DNA from: an uncultured bacterium
Lineage (GTDB): Bacteria; Chloroflexota; UBA5177; JANWHV01
Assembly: GCA_963827235.1 (NCBI GenBank)
Contig: CAWHAE010000008.1
Location: forward strand, 128,001 to 192,000
Length of the DNA: 64,000 nucleotides
Reading direction: 5' to 3'
The notes below the pieces were generated by a model. It saw only the letters and a list, made by a program, of their open reading frames with translations, was not told the origin of the DNA and did no database searches. Positions 38,891 to 50,100 of this stretch are shown here, piece after piece (position 1 is the first letter of the stretch; every line of letters begins with the position of its first letter). The position numbers were made by a program, and so were the translations under genes.

Positions 38891-39858
38891 TGTATCGCTC
38901 GACACTACTGGGTTGCGGCAAGTGTGTGCCTGAGCGTGTGATGACCAACGACGATATTGCGCTGTTGGTCGATACGTCGGACGAATGGATCTACAGCAGG
39001 TCCGGTATCCGCCGTCGGCACATAGCCTCGCCGGGCGACACTACCACCAGCCTCGCAGTGGGGGCGGCGCGCAACGCGCTACTGTCGGCCGGGCTTGAAG
39101 GCACGGAGGTGGACCTTAGCATAGTGGCGACATGTACGCCGGACTTCGGATTCCCGGCCTCGGCGTGCGTCGTGCAGGGTGCAGTCGGTGCTCGAGGCGG
39201 CGCTTTCGATCTGGAGGCGGCCTGTTCAGGATTCGTGTACGCGCTGGCCGTTGCCGATAGCATGATTCGCACCGGCGCCGTGCGCAATGCCCTGGTGATC
39301 GGCAGCGAGGTCTACTCCCGCGCCGTCGACTGGACGGATCGGCGCACCTGTATTCTTTTCGGCGATGCCGCCGCCGCCGTGGTGCTGGGACGATCTGAGC
39401 TGCCGGGCGCGATGCCGCGGTACGAGCTCGGCTCCGATGGCTCCAACGCCTCGATGCTCACCATGTACAACGCTGCCGTGCGAGAGCCCGACGGACGCGC
39501 CCCAGGCGGCGTCACCATGAATGGGCCCGACACCTTCAAGTTCGGCGTGCGCACGCTCGTCGATGTGGCGGAGCGCATCATGCGTGCTGAGGGCGCGGGC
39601 CTGGACGGCATCGAATGGTTTGTTCCGCACCAGGCAAATCAGCGGATGATCAGCGCGGCCACCAAACGGCTGGGCCTTGACGACCGGCGCGTGCTCAGCA
39701 ATATCGAGGAGTACGGCAACACGTCGGCCGCCAGCATTCCTCTTGCTCTGGCCGAGTGCGTCGAACGCGGCGACATCCGGCCTGGCGACCGCGTGCTGGC
39801 CATCGGCTTCGGGGCAGGTCTCACCTGGGCCGGCGGCCTGCTCACCTGGCGAGGGTAG
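38887..39858 (+). CDS. fabH: 3-oxoacyl-ACP synthase III
   Basis: Motifs DTSDEWI..RSGI..R, AACSGF, HQAN and GNTSAASIP. Confidence 0.95.
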   Translation: MMYRSTLLGCGKCVPERVMTNDDIALLVDTSDEWIYSRSGIRRRHIASPGDTTTSLAVGAARNALLSAGLEGTEVDLSIVATCTPDFGFPASACVVQGAVGARGGAFDLEAACSGFVYALAVADSMIRTGAVRNALVIGSEVYSRAVDWTDRRTCILFGDAAAAVVLGRSELPGAMPRYELGSDGSNASMLTMYNAAVREPDGRAPGGVTMNGPDTFKFGVRTLVDVAERIMRAEGAGLDGIEWFVPHQANQRMISAATKRLGLDDRRVLSNIEEYGNTSAASIPLALAECVERGDIRPGDRVLAIGFGAGLTWAGGLLTWRG

Positions 39859-40000
39859 CCGCACGCGCCGACTCCCAATGTGCGTTGTCCCGAGTTGCCT
39901 TCCCGTGCCTACCTACTGCCGGCCGGTTCCACGTCGCGCAACGCCTCGTGCAGACGTACGCGTGGCGCCCTGAGATTCCGGGCCTTCCGTAAGAAGGGAG

Positions 40001-40087
40001 CGGAGAGGGAGGGATTCGAACCCTCGGTAGGATTTCTCCTACAGCGGTTTAGCAAACCGCCGCACTAGGCCTCTATGCGACCTCTCC
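40001..40087 (-). tRNA. tRNA-Ser(GCT)
   Basis: Acceptor stem GGAGAGG/CCTCTCC, anticodon arm GCGGT-TTGCTAA-ACCGC, long variable arm and TTCGAATCC. CCA is not encoded. Confidence 0.95.
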
Positions 40088-40112
40088 GTGATGTCGTAAC
40101 GCTATGGATGCC

Positions 40113-40197
<85 letters not shown>

Positions 40198-40371
40198 GAG
40201 GCGCGGGCGCCTCCGTGCCAAACCATGGTATCGAACTGCTACGCCGGTGTCAACGTATTGTGGCGAGCGCTGCGCACCTTCTTGCCCGCGGCTCACGGTT
40301 TCGATATAGACACGGTTCGCATTCATGCCACATAATAGGGCCATGGGTCTGCAACGAAGGACTGCCCGCAG

Positions 40372-41404
40372 ATGAGCGCTTCTAGTCGCGCGCGAGGAGC
40401 CCCTATTCGCAGCATCTCGGCCGTGCTGCCCGTTCACAACGAGGCGGCGAACCTCCTGAGTGTCGTGGGAGAGATGCTCGATGCTCTGACCGACGTCGTG
40501 CCGTCGTTCGAGGTGATCATCGTGGACGACGGCAGCACCGACGGCACACGGCGCATTGCAGAGGAATTGGCTGCCACGCACCGCGAAGTGCGTCTCCTGC
40601 ACTGGCCTCACCGACGCGGATACGGCGCGGCCTGGCGAGAAGGCCTTGCCGCGGCGACGAAGCAGTACGCCGTCATCGTGGACGCCGATCGCCGGTACAG
40701 TCCCACGGATCTCGACCGCCTGGTCAAATGGGACGACGCGTACGACGTGATCGCTGGTTTTCGTATAGGAAGCGGTGAGCCGATATTGCAGCCGCCTAGG
40801 CGGCTACGCATTCAGGCTTACCGTGCGACTGCTCCTGGGGCTCAAGCTCCGCGACGTCAATTGCGGCTTCATCCTCATCCGCGTTGCACTTCTCCGGGGT
40901 CTCAGCTTGCAGTCGACGACTAGCGCCATTCACAGCGAGGTCTTCTGGCAGGCCGGCAAGAAGGGCGCGCGAGTGCGTGAAGTAGGCGTGCGCTACTTTC
41001 CGCGGGCCGCGACCGAGCCCGCAGCCACACGCATTCGCTGGTCTCTTCGTACGGCTCGCGAACTGAGCCGGTTGAGGGCCGCGCTGGTGCGTGAGAAGCG
41101 TCAAGCTGCCCTCGAGGCCAGGTCTGGCGGCGCGCGCGTACCGGCCGCCAGTTCCGCGTCTCCTGCCTCCGTTGCGTCACCTGCTGCTGCCGCGACCGAC
41201 ATTCTGGGCGAGAACCCGTCCGGCCAAGCAGTGGAAGGGGAGGCGGAGGGGCATGACGGGTCGGGGGACGCCGGTGGAGCGCCGGCCGCCGGAGAACGCG
41301 CCGATGAGCCGTCGGAACTGACGGAGGAGACCGGTGACGGCGCGCGAGATTCCGGCCGGACGGCTGCGGACAGCATCCAGTGGCGGCTCCGGCCAGCAGA
41401 GTGA
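40372..41404 (+). pseudogene. Glycosyltransferase family 2, frameshifted near 40791 (possible sequencing error)
   Basis: The N-half (VLPVHNE, VDDGSTDG, GYG.A, DAD) and the C-half (RLGGYAF..RDVNCGF..EVGV) are in frames offset by 1. Confidence 0.8.
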
Positions 41405-41475
41405 GCGGGGCTCGGCTGCTCAACGCCGGGCGCAGTCCGAGGTTGTATCGGACATGGGCGGCACGAACGGGTGAG

Positions 41476-42903
41476 TCAGCTCTTGGCTGAGCCTGCCGCA
41501 GACGCTTCCGAGTCGCGTGCGCGCCTCGCACCCGGCAGAACCACTCGAATCGCCTCGCGAAGCTCAGAGACGGGCAGCATCTCGATGCCTGCGGGAGCTC
41601 GTCCGCGAAGCGTCCGATAGTTCGCGGCCGGCATAATGCAGCGTCTAAAGCCCAGTTTGCTTGCCTCTGCCAGCCGGTCGGCTGCCTTGCCCACCCCGCG
41701 GACTTCGCCGGACAGGCCAAGCTCGCCGAAGGCAATTAGGTCGTCTGGCACAGCTTCGTCGGCGAAGCTGGAGACAATGGCTAGGGCAAGCGGCAGATCC
41801 GCTGCCGGCTCGCCCAGGCGCAGCCCCCCGGCCACGTTGCAGTACACGTCGTAGGTGTGGAGGGGAAGCCCGGCCCGCTTGCCGAGAATTGCCAGCAGCA
41901 GGTGCAGACGATTCAGGTCCAGGCCGGCGCACGTCCTTCGTGGAAGGCTGAACGTGGTGGCGCTCACCAGAGCTTGAATCTCGGCGAGCAGCGGCCGCGT
42001 GCCCTCCAGCGTGGCGGCGACCGCCGATCCCGGGCTTGCCTTGCCCCGCTCTTCCAGAAAGAGGGCAGACGGGTTCGCTACCTCCACCATGCCGGCTTCT
42101 CGCATCTCAAACACGCCTACCTCGTTCGTGGAGCCGAAGCGGTTCTTCACGCTGCGCAGTAGTCGGTAAGCATGAAAGCGCTCGCCTTCCATGTAGAGCA
42201 CTGTGTCCACGATGTGCTCGAGCACGCGCGGCCCGGCAATGGCGCCCTCCTTCGTGACATGGCCCACGACGACGACCGGGACGTGACTCGTCTTTGCGGC
42301 GTGCATCAGCCGCACTGTGCTCTCGCGGACCTGTGAGACGCTGCCCGCCGCCGACTCGATGTCCTCTACCTGCATGGTTTGAATGGAGTCGATCACCACG
42401 AGCGACGGTGCGAGCTCCCTCATTGCGGCAAGCACGGCATCGACGTCTACCTCGGCCAGTATGTAGAGCTCATCCGGCACTTCTCCGAGCCGGTCGGCGC
42501 GCATCTTCACCTGTTCAGCCGATTCCTCACCGGTAACATAGAGCACGCGCGAATGCGCGGCCAGCAGCGTGCAGAGCTGCAGCAGGAGGGTGGACTTGCC
42601 GATACCCGGGTCGCCCGCCAGTAAGACGAGCGATCCCGGCACGATGCCGCCGCCCAGTACGCGGTCGAGCTCGGCAATGGGCACTCGAATCCTCGTCCAG
42701 CTGTCCGTGTCCACCCTGGCAAGCCGCATGGGCCGTGCACCCGCCACGGTGCGCGCCGAGCGAGGCGTCTGCGCGGTGGATGCGCTCTCCTGCAGGGTCT
42801 CGACGAGCGAGTTCCAGCTACCGCAGTTGGGACAGCGTCCATACTGGGTGGGGAACTGACCGGCGCACTGCTGGCATACGTAGCTGGTCCGTCGCTTCGT
42901 CAT
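41476..42903 (-). CDS. radA: DNA repair protein RadA/Sms
   Basis: C4 zinc finger, GDPGIGKSTLLLQ, KNRFG and a Lon-like C-terminal domain. Confidence 0.97.
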   Translation of the reverse strand: MTKRRTSYVCQQCAGQFPTQYGRCPNCGSWNSLVETLQESASTAQTPRSARTVAGARPMRLARVDTDSWTRIRVPIAELDRVLGGGIVPGSLVLLAGDPGIGKSTLLLQLCTLLAAHSRVLYVTGEESAEQVKMRADRLGEVPDELYILAEVDVDAVLAAMRELAPSLVVIDSIQTMQVEDIESAAGSVSQVRESTVRLMHAAKTSHVPVVVVGHVTKEGAIAGPRVLEHIVDTVLYMEGERFHAYRLLRSVKNRFGSTNEVGVFEMREAGMVEVANPSALFLEERGKASPGSAVAATLEGTRPLLAEIQALVSATTFSLPRRTCAGLDLNRLHLLLAILGKRAGLPLHTYDVYCNVAGGLRLGEPAADLPLALAIVSSFADEAVPDDLIAFGELGLSGEVRGVGKAADRLAEASKLGFRRCIMPAANYRTLRGRAPAGIEMLPVSELREAIRVVLPGARRARDSEASAAGSAKS

Positions 42904-42927
42904 TCCCGCCACTCCCCGGGAAAGCGA

Positions 42928-42955
42928 CGAGGGGCGGCCGGCCGGCTGCCCCTCG
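42928..42955. terminator. Strong GC hairpin between clpC and radA
   Basis: CGAGGGGCGGCCG-GC-CGGCTGCCCCTCG. There is no clear U-tract. Confidence 0.45.
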
Positions 42956-42981
42956 CCACACTGCCTCTCTTGCCCGCGGTC

Positions 42982-45484
42982 TCAGTCGGCGAAGACCGCA
43001 TCGCCCGGCTGAGGTTCCCTGGATTTGCCGACCAGCGTCAGCTCCCCGTTCTCAATATCCGCATTCACGTTGTCCCCGGCATGGAACTTGCCTTGCAGCA
43101 GGCCCTCTGCCAGCGGATCTTCGATGAAGTTCTGGATAGCTCGGCGCAAGGGCCGCGCTCCGTTGACCGCGTCGTACCCCTTCTCCACCAGGTAGTCCTT
43201 GGCCGCGTCAGTCGCATCCAGAGTCATGTCCTGCTCGATCAGCTGGCTGCGCACCCGGCGCAGCATCAGCTCCACGATCTCGCGAATCTGGTCCTGACGC
43301 AGGGAATGGAACACGATGGTGGCGTCGATGCGGTTGAGAAACTCCGGCTTGAAGGTCTGCTTCAGCTCTGTGGTGATCTTGCGCACCATCTCTTCGTGAT
43401 GCCGGTCCTCGCGGGCCTTGGCATCTTCGTCGCTGCGCGCCACGCGGAAGCCCAGTGCCGCTTCGCGGTTGAGCAGATTCGCCCCCACGTTCGAGGTCAT
43501 AATGATGATGGTGTTGCGGAAGTCGACGCCCCTGCCCTTCCCGTCCGTGAGCTTACCGTCCTCCAGGATCTGCAACAAAATGTTGAAAACGTCAGGATGC
43601 GCCTTCTCGACCTCGTCGAGCAAGACCACGGAATATGACTTGCGACGGACCGCCTCCGTGAGTTGCCCGCCCTCCTCATATCCGACATAGCCGGGAGGGG
43701 CGCCGGTCAAGCGAGCAGCGGCGTGCCGCTCCATGAATTCGGACATGTCGATCTTTATCAACATCTCCTCGCTGCCGAACATGAATTCGGCAAGCGCCTT
43801 GGCGAGCTCAGTCTTACCCACGCCGGTGGGCCCAAGGAAGATGAAGCTGCCTATCGGGCGCTTTGGATCCTTCAGGCCGGTGCGCGCGCGCCGGACAGCC
43901 TTGGCGATGGTCGAGATCGCCTCATCCTGGCCGATCACGCGGCCATGCAGGGCGCCTTCCATCTGCAGCAGCCGTTCCGACTCTTCCTGTGCGATTCTTC
44001 GCACCGGGATGCCCGTCCACATGGAGACGACTTCTGCAATGTCCTCCTCGCCGACCACGAGATTCCGTTCCGTCGGCGCTTCCTTGTCTTTGTCCTGCCA
44101 GCTCGATTGCAGGTTGGCGATCTTGTCGCGCAGATGCTTCTCGCGGTCGCGCAGATCGGCGGCCATCTCATACTGCTGGAGCTTGATCGCCTGCTCCTTG
44201 TCGTTCTGCACCTGCTCGATGTTCTGCAGAGCTTCTTTGAGAGAGAACGGCTGACCCGCGCGCTGCAAGCGCACTCGCGCCGACGCCTCGTCCATCAGGT
44301 CGATCGCCTTGTCCGGCATGAACCGGTCCGGGATGTATCGCTCGGCCATCTCAGCCGCTGCTCGAAGCGCCTCGTCGCTGATCTGCAGGTGGTGATGCGC
44401 TTCGTAGCGCGGCCGCAGACCATGCAGGATGCGGATCGTCTCGTCCACCGTCGACTCGTTGACCGTCACCATCTGGAATCGGCGCTCGAGCGCCGCGTCC
44501 CGCTCAATGTACTTGCGATACTCATCCAGCGTAGTGGCGCCGATACACTGCAGGTCGCCACGCGCAAGCGCCGGCTTCAGGATATTCGCGGCGTCTACCG
44601 CGCCCTCCGCCGCTCCAGCACCCACAATCGTGTGCAGCTCGTCGATGAAGAGAATGCAGTCTCCCGCCGCCTTGATCTCCTCGATGATCTTCTTCAGTCG
44701 CTCTTCAAATTCGCCGCGGTACTTGGTTCCTGCCACAAGCGAGCCGATATCGAGAGTGAGAAGTCGCTTGCCTGCCAAGCGTCTCGGGCACCTCGCCGTT
44801 GACGATTCGCTGCGCCAGTCCGTCGACAATGGCCGTCTTGCCGACTCCGGGCTCGCCGACCAGCGCGGCATTGTTCTTAAGGCGCCGGCTAAGAATCTGA
44901 ATGACGCGCTCGATTTCCACCGCACGGCCGATCACTGGGTCGACTTTGCCAGCTCGCGCCTGAGCGGTCATATCCAGCCCAAGCTGATCGATGGTCGGCG
45001 TCTTGCTGCCGTGCTTCGGCTCGTGGTGCGATGTCGGACTGCTCTGCGAGAGCACCTGGATCGTCTGTGTGCGCACCTTCTCTAGGTTGACACCGAGCGA
45101 CTCCAGGACACCGGCTGCGATACCCTCGCCTTCGCGCACCAGGCCGAGCAGCAGGTGTTCGGTGCCGATGTAGTGGTGGCCGAGACGCCGAGCCTCGTCG
45201 ACCGCCAGCTCGATCACCTTCTTGGCGCGTGGGGTCAGCCCAATCTCGCCGACAGTGGGACGGTCGCCGCGGCCAATGATGAATTCTACGGCACTCCGCA
45301 CCCTGTTCAGCTCTACACCCAGGTTCGAGAGCACCTTGGCTGCGACACCCTCACCCTCGCGCACCAGTCCAAGCAACAAGTGCTCGGTTCCGATGTAATT
45401 GTGGTTGAAGCGAGTGGCTTCCTCTTGGGCGAGGGTCAGCACTTTGCGAGCTCGCTCGGTGAACTTGTCGAACCTTTCGTTCAT
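42982..45484 (-). CDS. clpC: ATP-dependent Clp protease ATPase ClpC, with an apparent +1 frameshift at about 44777
   Basis: Double Clp-N domain, GEPGVGKT, then ...EVPETL|AGKRLLTLD... continuing in another frame. Also UVR coil, GPTGVGKT and DEVEKAH. Confidence 0.93.
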
Positions 45485-45523
45485 GCCATGCTCTCTTCCG
45501 TAGCTTGATCCGGCCAGTGAATC

Positions 45524-45554
45524 GGATGGGGCGCGGTAGATTCGCGCCCCATCC
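45524..45554 (-). terminator. Hairpin downstream of rpsA
   Basis: GGATGGGGCGCG-N7-CGCGCCCCATCC, a perfect 12-bp stem. Confidence 0.6.
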
Positions 45555-45562
45555 TCACCCGT

Positions 45563-46948
45563 CTATTCGCTCTGCGGCGGACTGTCCGGGACCTCCTCGT
45601 CCCAGTGACTTTCCTCCGGTTGGTCGTCCTCTGGTGGCGCTGCCGACCCATCCATGATTGCCTTGACGTCGGGCGAGATATCGTCTACCTGCCGGAGGCT
45701 CAATCCGAGTCTCCGGCGAGTTGGATTAATGTTAATGACACGAAGAGTAACGCGTTGCCCTTCGCTCACCACATCCTTTCCGTTCTCTACCGGCTCGGCC
45801 GACAACTCCGACAGATGAATCAGCCCTTCAATGCCATCGTCGATCTTGGCGAAGGCGCCAAACTTGGCCAGCTTGGTAATCGTGCCTTCCACAAGATCGC
45901 CCACGTGGTATTTCTGATCGACGCGCGACCACGGATCCGGCTGCGCCTTCTTCAGACTCAGCGCGATCTTCTTCGTCTCCGGGTCGATGCTAAGCACGTA
46001 GACTTCCACTTCGTCGCCTACCGACAGGACCTCGCTAGGATGATTCACGCGGCTGTAAGAGAGCTGCGAGATGTGCACGAGTCCGTCGGCGCCGCCGAGA
46101 TCGACAAATGCGCCGAAGCTTGCAAGGCTGGTGACACGGCCGCGCCGCACCTGGCCGGGCAGCAGCTCCGCCAGCAGCTCGTCTTTTCTGTGGCTCCGCT
46201 GCTCCTGAAGGGCGAGCCGCTCGGAGAGGATAAGGCGGTTCCGGTTGCGGTTCAACTCGATAATCTTGAGCTTGAGCACACGGCCCTTCATCTGCGCCAG
46301 GCGGTCGATCACTTCGGATGGCTCGCCTTCCTGACCCTTGGACAGTCCGCGCAGCTCGGGAATCTGCGAAATAGGCACGAAGCCCCGAACGCCCAGGTCG
46401 ACGATCAAGCCGCCCTTGTTGAAATCGATCACTTCGGCTTCGATGACTCGGTCCTCTTGGTAGAGCTCCTCGGCCGCGCGCCAGGACTTCTCCATGCGAG
46501 CACGCCTGATGGAGAGGATCGCATGCCCTTCAGGGCCTTCGGGCTGCATGACATACACGAGTACTTTGGAGCCGATGTGCAGCTGTTCCGTAACCTCATC
46601 GTCCATCTCGCGCCCGTTGATCACACCCTCGGACTTGAGACCTATGTCCACGAGGATCTCATCGGGGTCGATACGTGCCACGATGCCGTCGATCACTTCG
46701 CCCCGTTGAAGCGTGCGAAGAGCATTCGACGGGTGATCGAGAAGCGACTCCATGGTGTCTTCGCTCTCGTCCTGCGGCAATGCTTGTACGTTGGCCACCG
46801 GTACTGAAGTGCCCTTCAGGTCGACGTTTGCACCCTCACCCTGATTGGCTACCTCCTGCTCGGCCGTAGCTGGTGTCGCGTCTAGACCGACCGGTGCCAC
46901 TGGCTCCTCAGGTTGCTGAGGTACGGTTGACTGCTCTTCGATCAACAT
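45563..46948 (-). CDS. rpsA: 30S ribosomal protein S1 (4 S1 domains)
   Basis: Motifs LVDIGLKSEG, NKGGLIV..RGFVP.S, FGAFVDLGGADGLVHIS and FGAF...DGIEGLIHLSE. Confidence 0.93.
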   Translation of the reverse strand: MLIEEQSTVPQQPEEPVAPVGLDATPATAEQEVANQGEGANVDLKGTSVPVANVQALPQDESEDTMESLLDHPSNALRTLQRGEVIDGIVARIDPDEILVDIGLKSEGVINGREMDDEVTEQLHIGSKVLVYVMQPEGPEGHAILSIRRARMEKSWRAAEELYQEDRVIEAEVIDFNKGGLIVDLGVRGFVPISQIPELRGLSKGQEGEPSEVIDRLAQMKGRVLKLKIIELNRNRNRLILSERLALQEQRSHRKDELLAELLPGQVRRGRVTSLASFGAFVDLGGADGLVHISQLSYSRVNHPSEVLSVGDEVEVYVLSIDPETKKIALSLKKAQPDPWSRVDQKYHVGDLVEGTITKLAKFGAFAKIDDGIEGLIHLSELSAEPVENGKDVVSEGQRVTLRVININPTRRRLGLSLRQVDDISPDVKAIMDGSAAPPEDDQPEESHWDEEVPDSPPQSE

Positions 46949-47149
46949 CCGCTCCTGGTGGTGTAGTGTCAACGCCGGCCAGTTGAACCACAGCACCCTT
47001 GATTTGGGTACACCGATCCCTTGGTACGGTCATTGCATGACTCAGTATACCACTGGCGGTTGTAGATGCCAGTCTACGACACGATTTCACAGTTCGTGCA
47101 TTTCGTGCTTATGGCCGGGTTGTTCGACCTCAGCCCGATGCCGGACGCG

Positions 47150-50100
47150 TCAGGTCAGTTGTTCACCATAGATGCTCGAGCTACCCACTCCACCGCTGAC
47201 AAACGCGCTAGCGACGTCTCCGCTAGCCAGCAAGATGATGCCCTGGGCCTCACCGGCCGACGAGACCTGCACGTCCTTGGTGGTGCCGGCAGCCACGCTG
47301 CCGTCGAAAGCCGCTGCATTGCCGGCAGAGCTCCCAAGGCTCACCTGCACGCGCACGGCCGAGCCGCCGGGATTGTAGACCCGCAGCAACGCCGGCCCTG
47401 CGGAGAGGTCGACCGTTGCACCATCCAGGCTGCCGTTGCTGCCCTGTTCTACCATGCCTGGAATGCTTCCCGCGTTCGGCGAGCCTCCGAAGTAGATCGG
47501 TGCCTCGGCGATTACGGGCGTGTCGCTGCTCAGGATGCCTGTGACGTTCCCGTGGTCGCCGGGCAGAATACTTGCCACGTCGAAAGTGTGGCGTTGGCTT
47601 CCCTCTGTTGCCGCCTGCGCCGTGGCGAGTATGTTCCCGCTCGCGTCGAGCAGCTTGAGCGACACGTTGGCCACACCTGAATTCGGGTTGAGCACCGCCA
47701 CGAACGCCTGCGAGCCGCTCGCACTCGGCAGCGACGAGAACGACTGGCTCGTCGAGCCCGTGGCAATGGCCGGTGCCATGGAGAAGCCGTACTTCGCCGA
47801 TCCATCACCTGCACCCCAGTACATTACCCGATCGACGGCGATTGGCCGGTCGGAGGTGACTTGCAGTGCGATGTCCCGCGACCCCGTGGGCATCATCTTG
47901 TCGTACAGACCGGCGACATTGATCGTCGTCTGGCCGCCCGCCGGAACTGTGACAGGCATAGCCGCCGGCACGGGCGCGCCGCTCGGCAGGTAGCGAATCT
48001 CAGCCTTTGACGCCGTCGAGCCCGGGTTGTAGAGCACCGCGTACTCCTGGAAGGACTGGCCGGCACTGCCCTCGGCGAGATACCAGGTGTCGGCAAGTTT
48101 CGCCAGGCCGGGGCTGCTTCCACCGTCCAGCTGCGTGCCGTCGCTACGGGTGCGGTTGATCACTTCCTCCGCCAACACACCCGTGGACGATCTGACGGTA
48201 GCGCTTACGATACGGTCGTTACCCACGTCATTGTTGACCGACCGGGAGATCGTGGCGCCTGGCGCTATCGTGTCCTGTTTGGCAACTATCGTACTGGACC
48301 TGGTGGCCGAATCGTACACCGCGTACCTGGTCGTGACTTCCGCGGTAGTGGATGTAGGATTGAAGAAATACAGCTGCTCTACAAAGGTCACTTTGCCGTC
48401 CACTTCGGACGTTCCTGTGTAGCCCTCAGCAAAGTAGGTGGTGCTCGGTGCGGTGCCAATCGTCGGCAGCACCGGTACAGTCGCAGAGGGCGAGGCAGTA
48501 GGCGATGGCGAAGCCGTGATCGTCGGCGTCTCGGTCGGCGACGGCTGCGCGGTCGCCGTTTCGGTGGCCGTGGTCGCGCCGGCGAGCACGCTGAAGGCTG
48601 TCACCTGTATCTTCCCACTGGTCTGACCGGCTGCCAGCAGCAGGTAGTCCGCGGCGTCGACGTTCGGCACCATGTACTGCACGTCGTAAATCGATCCTGT
48701 ACTATCGGCCTGGAACACCTGCATGGTGCTGGCGATGGCAGCGGGCGCCGCCGATGCCTGAGCCAGTGAGATTGCCACTTGCTCTCCGGCAATGAACCCG
48801 GTGCCGCTTATCGCTATCGTCTGGCCCGGCACCGCGCTGTCCGGGCTGGTCTCGAACTCGATGCTGGGGGCGGTAACGGAGATACCGGTGGACGCGTTGT
48901 CGCCGGCCGTGCTCACGGCGCTCACGGTGTAGTCTCCAGCCGTGGTAGTGACGGGCACCGAGACCGTCGCCGTAAACGTCCCACCGATCGGCGTCGCCGA
49001 CTGGCTGCTCCCGAATGCCGACACGGTTACCCAAGAGTCGGCGGTGAAGCCGCTGCCGGTTACGGTGAACGATGCGCCGGCTGCAACGGTTGCCGGCAAT
49101 GCCGTGAGGGCGGCAGTGCTAGAGGTTGTGCCGATCGGGAGCGTTGCGCTGTCGGTAATGCCGCCGATCATGACCAATACGTCTGCGGACGTGGTTCCTG
49201 AAGTCAGTGCCGGCACGATGAATGCGACATCATAGCAGCCGGGGGTGGTGGTTTCCGTGATTCCGCTCTCCGTGGCAGCCAGTCCATCTACGGACACCAT
49301 GGCACTGGTGGCTCCCGTGGCGAAGCCGCAGCCGCTGGCCGTTACCTGTTGTCCCACGGCCGCCGACGTGGGTGCGAAGGTCAAGCCGCCGGTCCCGGCA
49401 ATACTGGAACCGATGATCAGGCTGCCGCTATCGGCGACGCCGCCAATCATGACCAGAACGGTTGCCGATGTGTCTGCGGAGGTCAGGGTGGGCACGAGGA
49501 AGGCGACGTCGTAACAGCCGGAAACGCCCGTCGCCATGGTGCTCGTGGCATCAGCGGCAGTTCCCTCGACGTACACTGTAGCGCTGCCGGACCCAGCAGG
49601 ATATCCGCAGCCACTGGCAGTTACCTGCTGGCCCGCTGCCGCCGAGGCTGGTGAGAAGGTCAAGCTGCCCGTGCCAGCCGTCGAGGTGCCGATCTGGAGG
49701 GTGCCCTCGTCGACCACGCTTCCTACCATCATAAGGACGTCCGCGGAGGTCGAGCCGAACGACACAGTGGGCACGGTGAAGGTAACGGAGAAGCAGCCGG
49801 TGCTGCCGGTAGGCGTGAGGCTCGTCGTCGTGATAGAAACGCCGGCCACGTATACGGTGGCGCTGCCGGCGCCCGTGAGGAAGCCACAGCCGGTGGCAGT
49901 CACTTGTTGACCGATCGCCGCGGAGGTCGGAGACAGTGTCAGACTGCCCGCGCCGGTTGAGGATCCGCCGACGGTGAGCGTTCCGCTCGCGGCTACCGTG
50001 CCGATAGTCACCAGGACATCCGCGGACGTGGCGCTCGTTGTCACATCGGGTACTGTGAATGCGACCGCGTAGCAGCCTGAGCCTCCTGTTTGGGCTACGC